Below are positions 41,201 to 49,390 of a DNA stretch of 56,147 nt, piece after piece. The stretch is taken from the NCBI GenBank assembly GCA_949528465.1, contig CATIMP010000007.1, positions 1 to 56,147 of the forward strand. Reading direction: 5' to 3'. A model generated the notes under the pieces. It made no database searches. It was not told the origin of the DNA and worked only from the letters and a program-made list of their open reading frames with translations. Position 1 is the first letter of the stretch; each line of letters starts with the position of its first letter. A program made the translations under genes and the position numbers. The stretch comes from Bacteroidota bacterium. GTDB lineage: Bacteria; Bacteroidota; Bacteroidia; Flavobacteriales; Flavobacteriaceae.

Positions 41201-41653
41201 CTCGATAATTTCACCAAAGGAACGCTTTCATATCCACTAAATAACTTAGCTACAGGAGTGCATTCACTTGTAGTCAGAGCATGGGACACACATAACAACC
41301 CAAGCACCAAAACAATTACGTTTTGGGTGATGGATAACAGCGACCTCAAGATTGAACGTGTGTACAACTCGCCTAATCCTGTTACAAATCAAACAACATT
41401 TTTTGTACAACACAACCGCCCACGTGAGCTTTTAGAGGCGAATTTGTATATATTTACAATGGATGGAAAACGTGTTTATGACAGCAGTCAAAATGTGTCT
41501 TCATCTGGCTATATATTAGATGATTTACGTTGGAATGCAACATCGTATAGTGGACAAAAGTTAAATAAAGGAACTTACTTGTACACGATTGAGCTTATTT
41601 CTTCGTTATCACAATCAGCAGACACGTATTCTGCAAAACTTATTATAAATTAG
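38231..41653 (+). CDS. porU: Type IX secretion system sortase PorU (C25 peptidase family)
   Basis: About 1140 aa. Signal peptide, His/Cys dyad contexts NYFGHGGENG and FITSTCEFSRF, a C-terminal T9SS CTD-like ~80 aa, and a position next to porV and gldJ. Confidence 0.88.
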   Translation: MPMKHLKFFVSIFSLFCVAMTAQTVVTHPFLDDSNTSWHRFSVEETGVQKLDKNFLRQLGIPVDTVDPKTLRVFGRGGQMLPLKIANEVETLYENALWVEGEEDGSFDEADYILFMGFANDTWNAESQTFKNLYHNEAVYYISHGTSPGKRVLRVEGNALVSENAVQSGIYQTVIEEDNYNIGSLGRRWFGERFSDQQKETYTLSTPNVMPETMIDIVARVAVAATSNTSFTFASGSKTKNQVVSPTSSTTVGNEPVVRFNNISGMIHLELEATNEVAAELSYDANGDFSSNGYLDFILAQYNRKLLGSGTSFLFSLDPSTDMQELVITDATPETALWELNSDVVHTPPVDAPTFGVDVLVDNDAKFMLSSAYKTPIYARSSRTFSPKSFLAEILDLPPTTYLLITAEAYRAEAQRLVTHRIENRGLQAHLVTLEEIYEAFSTGQQDIAAIRNFVRYLYAAQGKQLKYLCLFGDTSFDYQKRSRGNDMIVPTFHALNSFSLTNSYMSDDFFTMMDSGEGLLNSMDVMDLAVGRMVFSNQTQAAVVVDKVIAYEAPENKGSWNNSFTLMSDDVDKDWEYVIQEKLDLLGDELQRNKPFLNITKLHSDAFAQVASAGGDRYPSVEVALENRLSQGTLVVNYFGHGGENGLANEFLVDNDMAATVFHPGKYPLFITSTCEFSRFDNHDRQTAGELIYQNPTGGAVSLISTTRQIYVTNGISYNNILSKHLFSFGSEEYTSVAEALRKAKGEFSDSNQKRIIFYIGDPALKLHIPKREIQITHINGIDIDAATDEQLQLKALKNITLDGVVVDASGTPLNSFNGTVTLQIFDKEVQRTTLGNDGHEKMVFTTLGKQIFQGLSTVKDGKFKSTFVVPKDIDLAKDIDLALGNARVTMIAFNEDKSESLGGHTDKLTIGGLNTSAPQDNNGPDIDVYLNDRNFVDGDRVFDSPMLIIDLADENGINTTGGIGHDITAVLDDNQTNPLVLNAFYSTTLDNFTKGTLSYPLNNLATGVHSLVVRAWDTHNNPSTKTITFWVMDNSDLKIERVYNSPNPVTNQTTFFVQHNRPRELLEANLYIFTMDGKRVYDSSQNVSSSGYILDDLRWNATSYSGQKLNKGTYLYTIELISSLSQSADTYSAKLIIN
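40847..40882 (+). repeat. 18-nt tandem duplication inside porU (encodes KDIDLA twice)
   Basis: aaagacattgatttagca / aaagatattgatttagca. 17 of 18 nt identical and in frame. Confidence 0.9.
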
Positions 41654-41654
41654 T

Positions 41655-42797
41655 ATGAAACAATTTACAGCTTTTCTCCTTCTCGTTGGACTTTTTCAGT
41701 TCTCTAATGCCCAAAACCGTGTTGTTACCACAGGAGTTCCATTTTTAAATATTGCTCCCGACGCACGCTCAGCAGCTTTAGGTGACCAAGGGGTTGCCAC
41801 TTCTGCCGATGCCTTTTCTAATCATTGGAACCCAGCTAAGTTTGCTTTTGCTCCTAATGAAACAGGTGCAGCAATTAGTTATACTCCTTATTTAAGTAAA
41901 TTAGTAAACGATATTTTCCTTGCGGATTTGACGTATTACCGCGCTATTGATGACCGTTCCGCTTGGGCTGTTGGGTTGCGCTATTTTAGTTTAGGAGAAA
42001 TAGAAATTGGAAAGATTCCTCAAGATTTCTTGGTGCCTTTAATAGAGCGACCAAATGAATTTGTCATAGATGCCTCTTATGCGTTAAAGCTTAGCGAAAA
42101 CTTTTCTATGGCGATTCAAGGATCTTTTTTAAACTCTGATTTAAAACTTCAATCTGGTGACAATGAAAGCACAGCCGCGAGTACAGTAGCTGTTGGTATT
42201 TCAGGTTTTTATGAGTCTTATGAAGTGCCTTATTCAAACTTTTCGGGTATTTGGCGTGCTGGATTTAATATTTCCAATATTGGGCCAAAGCTTAAATATG
42301 AAGATGAAGGTGAGTCAGACTTTTTGCCAACCAATTTAAAGTTTGGTGGTGGTTTTGATTTTATTTTTGATTCATACAACAAGCTTAATGTAAGTCTGGA
42401 GTTTAACAAGCTTTTGGTGCCTTCGCCAAGCGAGCCTATTACAGATGCTGATGGAGAAATAACAGGTTATCAACAACCTAATGATGTGGGTGTTCTTTCA
42501 GGAATTTTTAAATCTTTCGGAGATGCTCCTGATGGTTTCAGCGAAGAGTTAAAAGAATTTACCTGGGCGCTTGGTGCGGAGTTCATGTATGATGAATCTT
42601 TTGCTTTACGTGCTGGCTATTTTAACGAAAACGAACTAAAGGGTGCCCGAAAATTCATCACTCTCGGAGCTGGCTTTAAATACAACATTATTGATATTGA
42701 TCTGTCTTATCTGATATCTGCAACCCGAGTTGTAAACCCTCTTGAAAATACCCTTCGTTTTTCACTTACATTCAACTTTGGCGAAGAACGATACTAA
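41655..42797 (+). CDS. porV: Type IX secretion system outer-membrane protein PorV (LptO)
   Basis: 380 aa. N-terminal TTGVPFLNIAPDARSAALGDQGVATSADAFSNHWNPAKFAF is PorV-typical. Beta-barrel-like alternation, ending in an aromatic residue. Confidence 0.9.
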   Translation: MKQFTAFLLLVGLFQFSNAQNRVVTTGVPFLNIAPDARSAALGDQGVATSADAFSNHWNPAKFAFAPNETGAAISYTPYLSKLVNDIFLADLTYYRAIDDRSAWAVGLRYFSLGEIEIGKIPQDFLVPLIERPNEFVIDASYALKLSENFSMAIQGSFLNSDLKLQSGDNESTAASTVAVGISGFYESYEVPYSNFSGIWRAGFNISNIGPKLKYEDEGESDFLPTNLKFGGGFDFIFDSYNKLNVSLEFNKLLVPSPSEPITDADGEITGYQQPNDVGVLSGIFKSFGDAPDGFSEELKEFTWALGAEFMYDESFALRAGYFNENELKGARKFITLGAGFKYNIIDIDLSYLISATRVVNPLENTLRFSLTFNFGEERY

Positions 42798-42835
42798 GGT
42801 TTCTTGTTTTGTTTTTTTCCATGAATTAGTTGCCC

Positions 42836-42843
42836 TATCTTTG
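42836..42843 (+). promoter_or_regulatory. -7 box TATCTTTG upstream of pdhA
   Basis: TAnnTTTG match 24 nt before ATG 42868. Confidence 0.45.
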
Positions 42844-42867
42844 CGGAACTTATAACAGTCAAATTCT

Positions 42868-43866
42868 ATGGAAAAAGTTACGCGCGAGACCTATATTAAT
42901 TGGTACGAAAACATGATGTTTTGGCGCAAGTTTGAAGACAAACTTGCATCGGTTTATATCCAACAAAAAGTTCGTGGATTTTTACACCTTTACAACGGTC
43001 AAGAAGCAATACTTGCTGGATCTCTTCACGCAATGGATCTAACCAAAGATCGCATGATAACAGCTTACCGCAATCACGTGCAACCCATAGGAATGGGCGT
43101 AGATCCCAAAAGAGTAATGGCAGAACTGTTTGGAAAAGCTACAGGAACCTCTAAAGGTTTAGGTGGTTCAATGCACATATTCTCAAAAGAACACCGTTTT
43201 CACGGGGGTCACGGAATTGTAGGAGGTCAAATTCCGCTTGGCGCTGGTATGGCATTTGGCGATAAATACCACGGCAGCGACGCTGTAACACTTTGCTTTA
43301 TGGGTGACGGGGCAGTCCGTCAAGGGTCGTTGCACGAAACACTGAACTTAGCAATGCTTTGGAAACTTCCGGTTGTATTTATTGTAGAAAACAACGGATA
43401 TGCTATGGGAACTTCGGTTGAGCGTACGGCTAACCACACTGATATTTGGAAACTTGGACTAGGCTATGAAATGCCTTGTGGTCCAGTTGATGGTATGAAT
43501 CCGGTTGCTGTAGCAGAAGGAATAGATGAAGCCATTCAACGCGCACGCCGCGGCGATGGTCCTACATTCTTAGAAGCGAAAACGTATCGTTATCGCGGTC
43601 ACTCTATGTCCGATGCACAACATTATCGAACAAAAGATGAGGTGGAAGAATACCGCAAAATAGACCCAATTACACAGGTTAAAGATATTGTTTTGAAAGA
43701 AGCATACGCTTCTGAAGACGAGCTAGCAGCAATTGATGCTCGTGTAAAAGCCCGCGTTAAGGAATGCGAAGAATTTGCAGAATCGTCTCCATTCCCAAAA
43801 AAGAGTTTGATGTACGACGCTGTCTACGAACAAGAAGATTACCCATTTATTTCTCACAAATTATAA
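42868..43866 (+). CDS. pdhA: Pyruvate dehydrogenase (acetyl-transferring) E1 alpha subunit
   Basis: 332 aa. ThDP-binding GDGA...NN region (FMGDGAVRQG...ENNGYAMGT) and YRYRGHSMSD. Confidence 0.93.
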   Translation: MEKVTRETYINWYENMMFWRKFEDKLASVYIQQKVRGFLHLYNGQEAILAGSLHAMDLTKDRMITAYRNHVQPIGMGVDPKRVMAELFGKATGTSKGLGGSMHIFSKEHRFHGGHGIVGGQIPLGAGMAFGDKYHGSDAVTLCFMGDGAVRQGSLHETLNLAMLWKLPVVFIVENNGYAMGTSVERTANHTDIWKLGLGYEMPCGPVDGMNPVAVAEGIDEAIQRARRGDGPTFLEAKTYRYRGHSMSDAQHYRTKDEVEEYRKIDPITQVKDIVLKEAYASEDELAAIDARVKARVKECEEFAESSPFPKKSLMYDAVYEQEDYPFISHKL

Positions 43867-43867
43867 T

Positions 43868-45469
43868 ATGGCAACAATCATTAACATGCCGCGCCTTAGC
43901 GACACGATGGAAGAAGGAACTGTGGCAACATGGCTCAAAAATGTTGGAGATAAAGTAACTGAAGGCGATATTTTAGCTGAAATTGAAACCGACAAAGCCA
44001 CCATGGAATTTGAGTCCTTTTATGATGGAACACTTTTGCATATTGGAGTTCAAGCTGGTGAAACAGCTCCCGTGGATGTGTTGTTAGCCATTATTGGAGA
44101 TGAAGGTGAAGATATTGCAGCACTGCTAAGTGGCGAAACGGAATCAACTGAAGCTACCGCTGAAGTTGCTGCTCAGTCAACGGAAAAAGTAGAATCAGCT
44201 GAAGCTGCTCCTTCGGCCATTCCAGAAGGTGTTGAAATTATCAACATGCCACGGCTTAGCGATACTATGGAAGAGGGAACAGTTGCCTCTTGGCTAAAAC
44301 AAGTAGGAGACCCAATAGAAGAAGGTGATATTTTGGCAGAAATAGAAACCGATAAGGCTACTATGGAATTTGAGTCGTTCTTTTCTGGTGTCTTACTCCA
44401 CATAGGAACAGCGGTTGGCCAAACGGCACCTGTAGATACACTCCTTGCTATTATTGGTCCAGCGGGAACAGATGTGTCTGCTATTTTAGCTGCACCTCCA
44501 GCTTCACCAAAAGCGGCTATTTCTGAAGTAGAAGAAGCACCTGTTACTCCTACACCAAAAGTAGAGCCGGTAGCTGCACCAGTTGCAACTGTAGCTGCCT
44601 CGACGCCTAATACAGGTCGTATTATGGCATCTCCATTGGCAAAGAAAATTGCCAAAGAAAAAGGAATTGATTTACAGCTCGTTACTGGAACAGGTGAGTC
44701 AGGACGTATTGTAAAACGCGATGTAGAACAGTACACCCCTGCTGCAGTTTCAAGTGCACAACCAACGGTTTTTGTACCTGCAGGACAAGAAAAACAAGAA
44801 GAAATTCCAAACTCTCAAATGCGCAAAACCATTGCAAAGCGTTTGGGAGCTTCTAAATTTAGTGCGCCGCACTACTATTTGTCGGTAGAGTTTGATATGG
44901 ACGCAGCTATTGCATTTAGAAAGCAATACAATTCAATTCCCGATACCAAGATTTCGTTTAATGATATTGTCGTAAAAGCTGTAGCGTTGTCGCTTAAAGA
45001 ACACCCGCAAGTAAATTCGCAGTGGTTTGATGATAAAATGGTGTTAAACCATCATGTGCATGTTGGTGTAGCCGTAGCGGTAGAAGACGGATTGGTTGTT
45101 CCAGTGTTGCGCTTTGCCAACGAAATGAACTTACCACAAATTGGTACACAAGTAAGAGATTATGCCGGTCGAGCTAGAACTAAAAAGCTAACCCCACAAG
45201 AAATGGACGGTAGTACATTTACGGTTTCTAACTTGGGAATGTTTGGTATTACAGAGTTTACTTCTATCATCAATCAGCCTAATTCCGCTATACTTTCCGT
45301 AGGAGCAATTGTCCAAAAACCAGTTGTTAAAGAAGGCGAAATAGTGGTTGGAAACACGATGAAACTTACCCTTGCTTGCGACCACAGAACCGTAGATGGT
45401 GCAACAGGAGCACAGTTCTTACAAACGCTGAAAGAATTTATTGAAAATCCCATTCGATTGGTAGTATAA
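43868..45469 (+). CDS. Pyruvate dehydrogenase complex E2, dihydrolipoamide acetyltransferase with two lipoyl domains
   Basis: Two lipoyl domains (EIETDKATMEFES twice), Ala/Pro linkers, an E3-binding domain (SPLAKKIAKEKGIDL) and catalytic DHRTVDGA. Confidence 0.93.
   Translation: MATIINMPRLSDTMEEGTVATWLKNVGDKVTEGDILAEIETDKATMEFESFYDGTLLHIGVQAGETAPVDVLLAIIGDEGEDIAALLSGETESTEATAEVAAQSTEKVESAEAAPSAIPEGVEIINMPRLSDTMEEGTVASWLKQVGDPIEEGDILAEIETDKATMEFESFFSGVLLHIGTAVGQTAPVDTLLAIIGPAGTDVSAILAAPPASPKAAISEVEEAPVTPTPKVEPVAAPVATVAASTPNTGRIMASPLAKKIAKEKGIDLQLVTGTGESGRIVKRDVEQYTPAAVSSAQPTVFVPAGQEKQEEIPNSQMRKTIAKRLGASKFSAPHYYLSVEFDMDAAIAFRKQYNSIPDTKISFNDIVVKAVALSLKEHPQVNSQWFDDKMVLNHHVHVGVAVAVEDGLVVPVLRFANEMNLPQIGTQVRDYAGRARTKKLTPQEMDGSTFTVSNLGMFGITEFTSIINQPNSAILSVGAIVQKPVVKEGEIVVGNTMKLTLACDHRTVDGATGAQFLQTLKEFIENPIRLVV
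43877..44476 (+). repeat. Intragenic tandem duplication of the lipoyl domain (units 43877-44116 and 44237-44476, offset 360 nt)
   Basis: By hand alignment, 63 of 80 residues are identical between the units. Many third-codon positions differ. Confidence 0.9.
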
Positions 45470-45474
45470 CTATT

Positions 45475-46158
45475 TTGGGAGCGTCAAAAAACATTGTGAT
45501 TACAGGGGCAAGCAGAGGAATTGGCTTGGCTATGGTACAATGGTTTTCAGACAACCAGCATCATGTTTGGGCATTGTCGCGTAATATTGCGCCTATTGAG
45601 TCCCTTAACGTCCCTAATGTTCATGCATTTTCGCTAGATATTTCCGATGATGAAGCTTTGCAGGAATGGTCATCATCTTTCGCTCCAAAATCTGTTGATG
45701 TACTCATTAATAATGCAGGAAAACTCATAAATAAACCCTTTTCAGAAACAACGCAGTCCGATTTTGAATCAGTTTATAAAGTAAATGTTTTTGGATTGGC
45801 AAGCCTTACACGAACCTTACTTTCGAAAATGAATTCCGATAGTCATGTTGTGAATATTAGCAGTATGGGCGGTTTAAATGGTACGTCAAAATTTCCAGGA
45901 CTCGCAGCGTATAGCAGTAGTAAAGGAGCAGTATCCATACTTACCGAATTGCTCGCTGAGGAATTTAAAGATTCAGGTCCTTTTGTGAATGCTTTGGCAC
46001 TTGGTGCTGTACAAACAGAAATGCTTTCTGAAGCTTTTCCAGGCTTGGATGTTCCCATGGATGCTAAAACCATGGCAGCTTATATTGCACAATTTGCCTT
46101 AACGGGACACCAATTCTATAATGGTAAAGTGCTTCCCGTTTCGAACACCACACCTTAA
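45475..46158 (+). CDS. Short-chain dehydrogenase/reductase (SDR) family oxidoreductase
   Basis: TGASRGIG, NNAG and YSSSK motifs. Probable TTG start 5 nt after the E2 stop. Confidence 0.85.
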   Translation: MGASKNIVITGASRGIGLAMVQWFSDNQHHVWALSRNIAPIESLNVPNVHAFSLDISDDEALQEWSSSFAPKSVDVLINNAGKLINKPFSETTQSDFESVYKVNVFGLASLTRTLLSKMNSDSHVVNISSMGGLNGTSKFPGLAAYSSSKGAVSILTELLAEEFKDSGPFVNALALGAVQTEMLSEAFPGLDVPMDAKTMAAYIAQFALTGHQFYNGKVLPVSNTTP

Positions 46159-46751
46159 TGAATCTCGATTTTTATTCTTTTTTGCCAGCGGCAGCACAAG
46201 AAAAATGTGCTTCGCTGATTGGAGATAATAACGTGCAAATTAAAGTAGTGCGCCAACGCAAAACCAAACATGGTGATTTTCGTGTTCTACGAGGTAAGCC
46301 TGTTACCATTACGCTTAATGCAATGGAAAACCCATACCGTTTTCTGCTTACTTTTTTACATGAATGGGCACATTTTAGCGTTTTTTCAAATTGTCGAAAA
46401 AGGCAAAAGCCACATGGTACAACTTGGCAAAACACATTTCAAGCGTTGACAATCCCTTTTTTATCTACTGATTTTTTCCCAGAATCGCTGTTAGAACCTT
46501 TAAAAAAGCACATGCGAAAACCAAAGGCAACCTTTGCTGCAGACCCCTCACTTATGCTTGCATTGCGTCAGTTTGACCCACCCAACAATAAAAAATGTAT
46601 TTTTGAATTGGAACATGGCACATTATTTAGTGCTTCGGATGGACGTATTTTTCAAAAGGGAACAAAACGCCGAACCCGATTTTTATGCACTTGTGTCCAA
46701 ACCAAAAGACACTATTTATTTCCGCCTTTTGTGGAAGTTAAAGAATTATAA
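46158..46751 (+). CDS. SprT-like zinc-metallopeptidase-fold protein (E. coli SprT sense, not the gliding-motility SprT)
   Basis: HEWAH (HExxH) in a ~200-aa protein. TAATG overlap with the SDR stop. Confidence 0.7.
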   Translation: MNLDFYSFLPAAAQEKCASLIGDNNVQIKVVRQRKTKHGDFRVLRGKPVTITLNAMENPYRFLLTFLHEWAHFSVFSNCRKRQKPHGTTWQNTFQALTIPFLSTDFFPESLLEPLKKHMRKPKATFAADPSLMLALRQFDPPNNKKCIFELEHGTLFSASDGRIFQKGTKRRTRFLCTCVQTKRHYLFPPFVEVKEL

Positions 46752-47818
46752 TGGAATCAAAATTTGATTTTTCTGAATCTAGTGAACAGCCGAACAATGC
46801 GACTTCTGACAAGCATTCGTGGGCAACTCGTTTGCGGTACGTACGCCAGCTTTTACGTATTGCTCGCGATACAGATTATGCGGCTTCTTTGGAAGCCGTT
46901 CGAGCAGATATTCCGTTTCGAGGTGCTACGGCTTGGGTATTAATTTGCTCCATTTTTATAGCATCTATCGGGTTAAACACGAATGCTACGGCTGTTGTAA
47001 TTGGCGCCATGCTTATTGCGCCGCTAATGGGTCCTGTTTTGGGAATAGGCGTTTCGTTGGCAATCAATGATCTTAGTATGTTAAGGCAGGCAGTACAGAA
47101 TTTTATGGTGATGGTAACCTTAAGTGTTGCAACTGCCACTTTTTACTTCTTAATTTTTCCATTGCAACAAGAGTCTTCAGAGTTGTTGGCGCGAACACAA
47201 CCAGATATTAGGGACGTATTTATTGCCTTTTGTGGAGGTGCAGCACTTGCTATTGCTAGAACCAAAAAAGGGACGATTGCCTCAGTTATTTTTGGCGTTG
47301 CCATTGCTACTGCGCTTATGCCGCCGTTGTGTACCATTGGCTACGGAGTTGCAGTAGCAAACCCTAGCTATGCGTTAGGCGCACTCTATTTGTTTTTTAT
47401 TAACGCTACATTTATTGCATTTGCATCTTTTTTGGTGATTAAATTATTGCGCTTTCCAATGATTCAGTATGCAGATTCAAAACAGCGCAGACGTACCGCA
47501 AGATTTGTAAGTTTTATTGCGCTTTTAGTTATGATTCCAGCAGGAATTACTTTTACGCATGCTCTCAAAGAAAATGCATTCCGAAAAGAAGTAAATGTAT
47601 TTTTGGAAGATCACATTAGTACGCTTCCTTTTGGGGATTACCTGAGTAAGTCTGCAGAAATATACTATATCCGAGGAGAGCGCGCAGAACTTGTTTTAAA
47701 TCCGTTGGGTTTGGTTGAAATTGACGATGAAACGGAGAAGAAATTACAAGAACATATAAAAACGTACGACGATTTGGAAAAAGCCACTTTGACAATAGTG
47801 CCAAGCGTGCGTCAGTAG
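46751..47818 (+). CDS. DUF389-like polytopic membrane protein
   Basis: 355 aa with about 6-7 hydrophobic segments and the pattern APLMGP...ALMPPL that I associate with DUF389/TIGR00341. TAATG overlap with the upstream gene. Confidence 0.7.
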   Translation: MESKFDFSESSEQPNNATSDKHSWATRLRYVRQLLRIARDTDYAASLEAVRADIPFRGATAWVLICSIFIASIGLNTNATAVVIGAMLIAPLMGPVLGIGVSLAINDLSMLRQAVQNFMVMVTLSVATATFYFLIFPLQQESSELLARTQPDIRDVFIAFCGGAALAIARTKKGTIASVIFGVAIATALMPPLCTIGYGVAVANPSYALGALYLFFINATFIAFASFLVIKLLRFPMIQYADSKQRRRTARFVSFIALLVMIPAGITFTHALKENAFRKEVNVFLEDHISTLPFGDYLSKSAEIYYIRGERAELVLNPLGLVEIDDETEKKLQEHIKTYDDLEKATLTIVPSVRQ

Positions 47819-47819
47819 T

Positions 47820-48575
47820 TTATTGATATACCTCTTTTACTTTTTTCATCAAATTGGAAGAATATACAAAATCGTTAATGGCTTTGTTGTCTGTTTTAAA
47901 AACAAGTTCTTTGCTGCCTTCCCAAGCTTTTACACCATCTTTCAAAAACAAAATACTGTCACCAATTTCCATAACCGAATTCATGTCGTGTGAATTTATT
48001 ACTGTTGTAATGTTATTTTCTTGTGTGATTTCACGAACAAGATTATCAATTACAATTGCGGTTTTAGGGTCTAATCCCGAGTTCGGCTCATCACAAAAAA
48101 GGTATTTGGGCTTCATTACAACGGCACGTGCAATGGCAACTCGTTTCTGCATTCCACCCGATAATTCGGCTGGTAATTTATGATATGCGTCCACTAAATT
48201 TACACGCTCAATAACTTCTTCTGCAGCTTTTCGGATGGCCGCGTCGCTTTGCTTGGTAAGCATTTGCATGGGAAACATAACGTTTTCCAAAACGGTCATG
48301 GAATCAAAAAGCGCACTTCCCTGAAAAACCATTCCCATTTCACGCCGCAGTGTTCTGCGTGCATCATCGCTCATTTCGTTATACGCTTGATCGCTAAAAA
48401 GCATCGATCCGCCATCGGTTTGGTGTAATCCCAACAAACACTTTAGTAAAACTGTTTTTCCAGAACCGCTTTGCCCAATAATCAGGTTGGTTTTACCAGG
48501 CTCAAAAGTCATACTGATGCCTTTTAACACCTCTTTTCCTGCAAAGGATTTTGTTATGTCGCGTAGTTCAATCAT
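47820..48575 (-). CDS. mlaF: ABC transporter ATP-binding protein (MlaF-like)
   Basis: Walker A GQSGSGKT, signature LSGGMQKR, Walker B LFCDEP. Start set at ATG 48575 (MIELRDITK), overlapping the permease stop by 1 nt. Confidence 0.88.
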   Translation of the reverse strand: MIELRDITKSFAGKEVLKGISMTFEPGKTNLIIGQSGSGKTVLLKCLLGLHQTDGGSMLFSDQAYNEMSDDARRTLRREMGMVFQGSALFDSMTVLENVMFPMQMLTKQSDAAIRKAAEEVIERVNLVDAYHKLPAELSGGMQKRVAIARAVVMKPKYLFCDEPNSGLDPKTAIVIDNLVREITQENNITTVINSHDMNSVMEIGDSILFLKDGVKAWEGSKELVFKTDNKAINDFVYSSNLMKKVKEVYQ

Positions 48576-49312
48576 TAAGTTAGGAGGAGTTGCGTTACAA
48601 TATAGTTTAGTACAATAATCACAACAGAAGTCCATACAAAAGCTACCGTTGCCGCTTTGCCAACTTCCAACGCGCCACCCTTCATGAAATATCCGTGATA
48701 TGATGGAATCGTGGCCAAAACCATCGCAAAAATGAGTGTTTTAATGAATGCGTAAATCACATGAAAAGGCCTGAAATCCAATTGAATTCCTTCTATAAAA
48801 TCGGCACTGCTCGAAAAACCACCATAAAGCGTGGCAGCATAGCCCCCCAAGATGCCCAAAAACATGGAAATATTTATCACAAAAGGAAGCAACAACATGG
48901 CAACGATTTTAGGGAAAACCAAATAATTTACAGAGTTAATCCCCATCACTTCAAGTGCATCAATCTGTTCCGTTACACGCATGGTTCCAATGCTCGAGGT
49001 GATGTATGAGCCCACTTTTCCGGCCAAAATAATACACATAAATGTTGGTGCAAACTCGAGAATAACAGACTGTCTTGTGGCAAAGCCAACAAGATTCTTG
49101 GGTATAAGCGGGCTTTCAATATTAAGAGCCGTTTGAATGGAAACTACACCACCAACAAAAAAAGACAGAAAGCCTACAATCCCTATGGATCCAATAATGA
49201 GGTCCTGAATGTCTTGAAATATGAGTTTTCGCATTACCTTTCCCTTAGTTGGTTTAATGAAAACCATTCTAAGCATAAGTAAATAAGCGCCAACGTGATG
49301 TAGAAGTTTCAT
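48575..49312 (-). CDS. mlaE: ABC transporter permease (MlaE-like)
   Basis: 245 aa, MlaE-type membrane protein (TRQSVILEFAP...MRVTEQIDALEVMG). Confidence 0.88.
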   Translation of the reverse strand: MKLLHHVGAYLLMLRMVFIKPTKGKVMRKLIFQDIQDLIIGSIGIVGFLSFFVGGVVSIQTALNIESPLIPKNLVGFATRQSVILEFAPTFMCIILAGKVGSYITSSIGTMRVTEQIDALEVMGINSVNYLVFPKIVAMLLLPFVINISMFLGILGGYAATLYGGFSSSADFIEGIQLDFRPFHVIYAFIKTLIFAMVLATIPSYHGYFMKGGALEVGKAATVAFVWTSVVIIVLNYIVTQLLLT

Positions 49313-49367
49313 GCGAACGAATGTAAAAAAATAATGTTACTATAATATAAGAACTAACATAAAAAAA

Positions 49368-49375
49368 TACATTTG
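49368..49375 (+). promoter_or_regulatory. -7 box TACATTTG upstream of the phosphatase gene
   Basis: TAnnTTTG match 15 nt before ATG 49391. Confidence 0.4.
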
Positions 49376-49390
49376 TAAAAATTCCAAATT

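Noticed and set aside
44173-44736. 187-aa minus-strand ORF inside the E2 gene
   Set aside because: It lies antisense to the Ala/Pro/Thr-rich linker and second lipoyl domain. That composition naturally keeps the antisense frame open, and there are no independent signals.
46158-46751. Reading the SprT-like gene as the gliding/T9SS component SprT
   Set aside because: This is a name collision only. This protein has the HExxH SprT-like Zn-peptidase signature of E. coli SprT, not the PorT-type outer-membrane protein.
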